64,000 bases of DNA, from the NCBI GenBank assembly GCA_036677065.1, contig JAKFBS010000003.1, positions 384,001 through 448,000 on the forward strand. Direction: 5' to 3'. The first letter of the stretch is position 1; the number at the start of each line of letters is the position of its first letter. This document shows, one piece after another, positions 60,560-64,000 of the stretch. The notes under the pieces are model-generated. The model was not told the origin of the DNA, did not search any database, and saw only the letters and a list, made by a program, of their open reading frames with translations. The DNA comes from Bdellovibrio sp. Lineage in GTDB: Bacteria > Bdellovibrionota > Bdellovibrionia > Bdellovibrionales > Bdellovibrionaceae. A program made the translations under genes and the position numbers.

Positions 60560-61378
60560 ATGGGTTTAAAAGTATTTGGATCTAGATCACATGCAAGCCG
60601 CGGAATAGTTGGATTCGATTTCAAAGAAATCACTAAAACTAAACCGGAAAAAGCATTAACAGTTTCACTTAAAAAAGTATCTGCGCGTAACAATACGGGC
60701 ATGATCACTGTTCGTCACCAAGGTGGCGCACATAAGCGTAAATACCGTTTGGTTGATTTCAAACGTAATAAATTAGAAGTACCAGCAAAAGTTGCTGCGA
60801 TCGAGTATGATCCAAACAGAACTTGCCGTATTGCTCTTTTACACTACGCTGATGGGCACAAAGCTTACATTTTAGCTCCAGTGGGCTTAAATGTTGGTGA
60901 TACTGTGACTTCAAGCGATAAAGCCGATATCAAACCAGGAAATTGCTTAACAATTTCTACAATCCCAGTTGGTACGATCATTCATAATATTGAAATGCGT
61001 CCAGGCAAGGGTGGCCAAATTTGTCGTGGCGCTGGCGCCTCTGCAACTTTAGCTGGTAAAGGCGAAAAATATTGCCAAGTACGTTTACCGTCTGGCGAGT
61101 TAAAGCAAATCTTATCAACTTGTAAGGCTTCAATCGGTCAAGTTGGTAACACTGATAACGAAAACACTAAACTTGGTAAAGCAGGCCGCTCTCGTTGGAG
61201 AGGTATCAGGCCTTCTGTACGCGGTATGCACATGAATCCAGTTGACCATCCATTGGGCGGTGGTGAAGGCGTTGGTAAGGGTCATCACCCTGTAACACCT
61301 TGGGGCCAGCCTTGTAAAGGTTACAAGACTCGTCATAACAAACGTACTGATTCATCAATCATTAAGCGTCGTAAGTAG
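60560..61378 (+). CDS. rplB: 50S ribosomal protein L2
   Basis: IEYDPNR and [13 protein letters not shown] motifs. Confidence 0.98.
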   Translation: MGLKVFGSRSHASRGIVGFDFKEITKTKPEKALTVSLKKVSARNNTGMITVRHQGGAHKRKYRLVDFKRNKLEVPAKVAAIEYDPNRTCRIALLHYADGHKAYILAPVGLNVGDTVTSSDKADIKPGNCLTISTIPVGTIIHNIEMRPGKGGQICRGAGASATLAGKGEKYCQVRLPSGELKQILSTCKASIGQVGNTDNENTKLGKAGRSRWRGIRPSVRGMHMNPVDHPLGGGEGVGKGHHPVTPWGQPCKGYKTRHNKRTDSSIIKRRK

Positions 61379-61386
61379 GAGGATGC

Positions 61387-61677
61387 ATGGCACGTTCAAT
61401 TAAAAAAGGTCCTTTTATCGATATTCACTTAGCTAAAAAAGCTGAGACGGCTATCCAAAAGAACGACAAAAAAGTAATTAAAACATGGTCAAGACGTTCT
61501 ACGATCTTCCCAGAGTATGTAGGATTGACTTTTGCTGTACATAACGGCAGAAAGTTTGTTCCAGTATACGTTTCTGAGAACATGATTGGTCATAAACTTG
61601 GCGAATTCGCGCCAACTAGAACTTTTGCTGGTCACGCTGAGAAAAAAGCAGCAGCTCCAGCAGTGGCGAAGAAGTAG
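61387..61677 (+). CDS. rpsS: 30S ribosomal protein S19
   Basis: [15 protein letters not shown] and [11 protein letters not shown]. Confidence 0.98.
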   Translation: MARSIKKGPFIDIHLAKKAETAIQKNDKKVIKTWSRRSTIFPEYVGLTFAVHNGRKFVPVYVSENMIGHKLGEFAPTRTFAGHAEKKAAAPAVAKK

Positions 61678-61685
61678 GATAGAAT

Positions 61686-62018
61686 ATGGAAGCTAAAGCA
61701 TCTTTAAAATATGCAAGAGTTGGAGCCCAAAAGGCTCGCTTAGTTGCTGACACCGTTCGCGGTAAATCAGTTGACGAAGCTCTTAAGATTTTGACCGTTA
61801 TGAACAAAAAAACTGCTGGGTTAATTAAGAAATTAATCGAATCAGCAGTAGCGAACGCGGATTACAAAAAAACTATGGCTGTAGACAAGTTAATCGTTAA
61901 AAAATTAACTGTAGACGGTGGCCCGGTTTTAAAACGTTTCCGCCCAAGAGCGCAAGGTCGTGCTTTTGGAGTTCGTAAAAAACTAAGTCACATTGACGTT
62001 GTATTGGGAGAGAAATAG
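61686..62018 (+). CDS. rplV: 50S ribosomal protein L22
   Basis: KARLVAD, SAVANA and RPRAQGRA motifs. Confidence 0.97.
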   Translation: MEAKASLKYARVGAQKARLVADTVRGKSVDEALKILTVMNKKTAGLIKKLIESAVANADYKKTMAVDKLIVKKLTVDGGPVLKRFRPRAQGRAFGVRKKLSHIDVVLGEK

Positions 62019-62020
62019 TA

Positions 62021-62686
62021 ATGGGACAAAAGGTTCATCCAATTGGTTTTAGAGTTGGTGTTATTAGATCTTGGGATTCAAGATGGTATGCAAAAGGCAA
62101 TACTTACTATGACAATCTTCACGAAGACATTAAATTAAGAAAATACTTAAAAGGTAAATTAAAACACGCAGGCGTTGCTAAAATCGAAATCGAGCGCGCG
62201 GCTAATAAAGTTAAACTTATTATCCACACTGCTCGCCCTGGTGTTGTAATTGGTAAAAAAGGTACTGGTATTGATACTTTGAAAGCTGACGTTCAAAAGT
62301 TAACTAAGAACGAAGTTTTCTTAAGCATTCAAGAAGTACGTAAACCAGATACAGAAGCTCAATTAGTTGCGGAATCAATCGCAATGCAATTAGAGAAACG
62401 TATCTCTTGGAGACGTGCTCTTAAAAAATCTATCGCAGCAGCTATCAAAGGCGGCGTGCGTGGTATCAAAATCCGTGTTTCTGGTCGTTTAGATGGAGCA
62501 GAGATTGCTCGTTCTGAATGGTACAACGAAAAGTCAGTTCCACTTCACACATTACGTGCTGATATTGATTACGGAACTGCAGAAGCATTAACTGCATATG
62601 GAATTATTGGTATGAAAGTATGGATCTACAAAGGTGACATTCTTTCTGCAAAAGAGCATTCGGAGGTAAATCGTGCTAAGTCCTAA
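62021..62686 (+). CDS. rpsC: 30S ribosomal protein S3
   Basis: [21 protein letters not shown] and [11 protein letters not shown]. Confidence 0.98.
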   Translation: MGQKVHPIGFRVGVIRSWDSRWYAKGNTYYDNLHEDIKLRKYLKGKLKHAGVAKIEIERAANKVKLIIHTARPGVVIGKKGTGIDTLKADVQKLTKNEVFLSIQEVRKPDTEAQLVAESIAMQLEKRISWRRALKKSIAAAIKGGVRGIKIRVSGRLDGAEIARSEWYNEKSVPLHTLRADIDYGTAEALTAYGIIGMKVWIYKGDILSAKEHSEVNRAKS

Positions 62687-63080
62687 ACGTGTAAAATGGA
62701 GAAAGCAATTCATTGGTCGTTCTAGAGGTTTAGCGACTCGTGGATCAACTCTTGATTTCGGTGATTTTGGTTTACAAGCTACTGAACATGGTATGTTAAC
62801 AGCTCGTCAATTAGAAGCTGGTCGTATCGCTATCAATCGTACTATCAAACGTGGTGGTAAAGTTTGGTGCCGTGTATTCCCAGATCTTCCTGTAACAAAA
62901 AAACCTGCTGAAACTCGTATGGGTAGCGGTAAAGGTAATCCGGAATTTTGGGTTTCTAAAGTTCTTCCTGGTCGCATCCTATTCGAAATGAATGGTGTTA
63001 CTAAGGAACAAGCTAAAGAGGCATTCTTAAGAGCGTCTCATAAGCTTCCGTTTAAAACTAAATTTTTAGAGAGAACGTAG
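62673..63080 (+). CDS. rplP: 50S ribosomal protein L16
   Basis: [11 protein letters not shown] and ETRMGSGKG motifs. Confidence 0.98.
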   Translation: MLSPKRVKWRKQFIGRSRGLATRGSTLDFGDFGLQATEHGMLTARQLEAGRIAINRTIKRGGKVWCRVFPDLPVTKKPAETRMGSGKGNPEFWVSKVLPGRILFEMNGVTKEQAKEAFLRASHKLPFKTKFLERT

Positions 63081-63082
63081 TT

Positions 63083-63274
63083 ATGAAATTCGTAGATATC
63101 GAAAACAAATCGTTAAAAGAATTAATCAAACAAAAACAAGACTTAACGTCTCAATTGTTTGAAATGAAAATGAAGAACTCTCTTGGTCAATTGGCTAATC
63201 CAGTTCAAATCAGAGTAGTAAGAAAAGACATTGCTAAGATTAACACAGCAATCGTTAAGAAAAGCGTAAGGTAG
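63083..63274 (+). CDS. rpmC: 50S ribosomal protein L29
   Basis: GQLANP and RKDIAKINT; operon position. Confidence 0.93.
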   Translation: MKFVDIENKSLKELIKQKQDLTSQLFEMKMKNSLGQLANPVQIRVVRKDIAKINTAIVKKSVR

Positions 63275-63281
63275 GTAAAAA

Positions 63282-63584
63282 ATGGCTGCTAAGGCAACAA
63301 CGAGCGGAAAACAACCGGATAAAACTGTTAGTACTCGAGGCCGTAGAGTTGAGTTACAAGGTGAAGTGATCGCGAACAAAATGGATAAAACAATATCGGT
63401 ATTGGTTTATCGTATGGTTCGCCACGCAAAATACGGAAAATACATCCGTAAATCTTCTGTAATCAAAGCTCACGACGAGAAAAAACAATGTAAAGTCGGT
63501 GACACTGTTACAATTCATGAAACTAAACCAATCAGCAAATCAAAACGCTGGGCACTTACTGAAGTGTTAAACACGACGAAGTAG
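63282..63584 (+). CDS. rpsQ: 30S ribosomal protein S17
   Basis: KMDKT, AHDE and ETKPISKSKRW motifs. Confidence 0.96.
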   Translation: MAAKATTSGKQPDKTVSTRGRRVELQGEVIANKMDKTISVLVYRMVRHAKYGKYIRKSSVIKAHDEKKQCKVGDTVTIHETKPISKSKRWALTEVLNTTK

Positions 63585-63596
63585 GGGAGTAGTTTT

Positions 63597-63965
63597 ATGA
63601 TTCAAATGCAAACTAAATTAAACGTAGCTGATAACTCTGGTGCAAAAGAAGTAATGTGTATCAAAGTTTTAGGCGGTTCAAAAAGACGTTTTGCTCACAT
63701 TGGCGACGTAATTGTTGTTTCAATCCGTGAAGCAATCCCAACTGCAAAAGTTAAGAAAGGTGACGTTGCGAAAGCCGTTATCGTTCGTACAATTCATAAA
63801 TTAAGAAGACCTGATGGAAGCTATATCCGTTTTGATGATAACTCTGCAGTTTTAATCAATGCGAATAAAGAACCAATCGGAACTCGTATTTTTGGTCCAG
63901 TAGCGAGAGAGTTAAGATCGAAACAATTCGTAAAAATCGTTTCACTTGCTCCAGAAGTATTATAG
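63597..63965 (+). CDS. rplN: 50S ribosomal protein L14
   Basis: [15 protein letters not shown] and [10 protein letters not shown] motifs. Confidence 0.98.
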   Translation: MIQMQTKLNVADNSGAKEVMCIKVLGGSKRRFAHIGDVIVVSIREAIPTAKVKKGDVAKAVIVRTIHKLRRPDGSYIRFDDNSAVLINANKEPIGTRIFGPVARELRSKQFVKIVSLAPEVL

Positions 63966-63978
63966 GTAGAGGTTGAAG

Positions 63979-64000
63979 ATGAATCGTTTAAAAGAACAAT
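63979..64000 (+). CDS. rplE: Start of probable 50S ribosomal protein L5 (runs off window end)
   Basis: SD GAGG then ATG AAT CGT TTA AAA GAA CAA = MNRLKEQ, matching the L5 N-terminus (MxRLKExY); only 7 codons visible. Confidence 0.6.

Overview
AT-rich bacterial chromosomal window of mostly core genes. Gene content and order point to a Bdellovibrionaceae-like organism (inference). In order it holds: the 3' end of a phosphonate-type ABC transporter (phnC/phnE); a guanidine-III riboswitch with gdx/sugE; a GYF-GYF-PilZ gene and a vWA lipoprotein; the soluble arm of complex I (nuoB, CD, E, F, G, I); two paralogous receiver + histidine kinase pairs around recO, xer and a sensor-less sigma54 activator; an H1-like basic/acidic diblock protein; flagellin with a long GGA-rich leader; mpg and clpB; ribE-ribB-ribH-ntrY-ntrX-proS-pyrF-rlmB-thpR; four tRNAs, tuf, tRNA-Trp, secE, nusG and rplKAJL; a four-gene insert (ABC1 kinase, Rof-like protein, metallophosphoesterase, outer-membrane protein); rpoBC; rpsL-rpsG and a divergent fusA; the S10 operon and the start of the spc operon. 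No CRISPR array, transposase or prophage was seen. The most unusual signals are the CsrB-like flagellin leader under a sigma28-like promoter, the charge-balanced Lys/acidic diblock protein, an initiator-tRNA relic right after a non-canonical EF-G, rplX missing between rplN and rplE, a Rof-like gene between rplL and rpoB, and an apparently inactive IscS-fold protein. All calls come from reading the sequence by eye; no searches were run.
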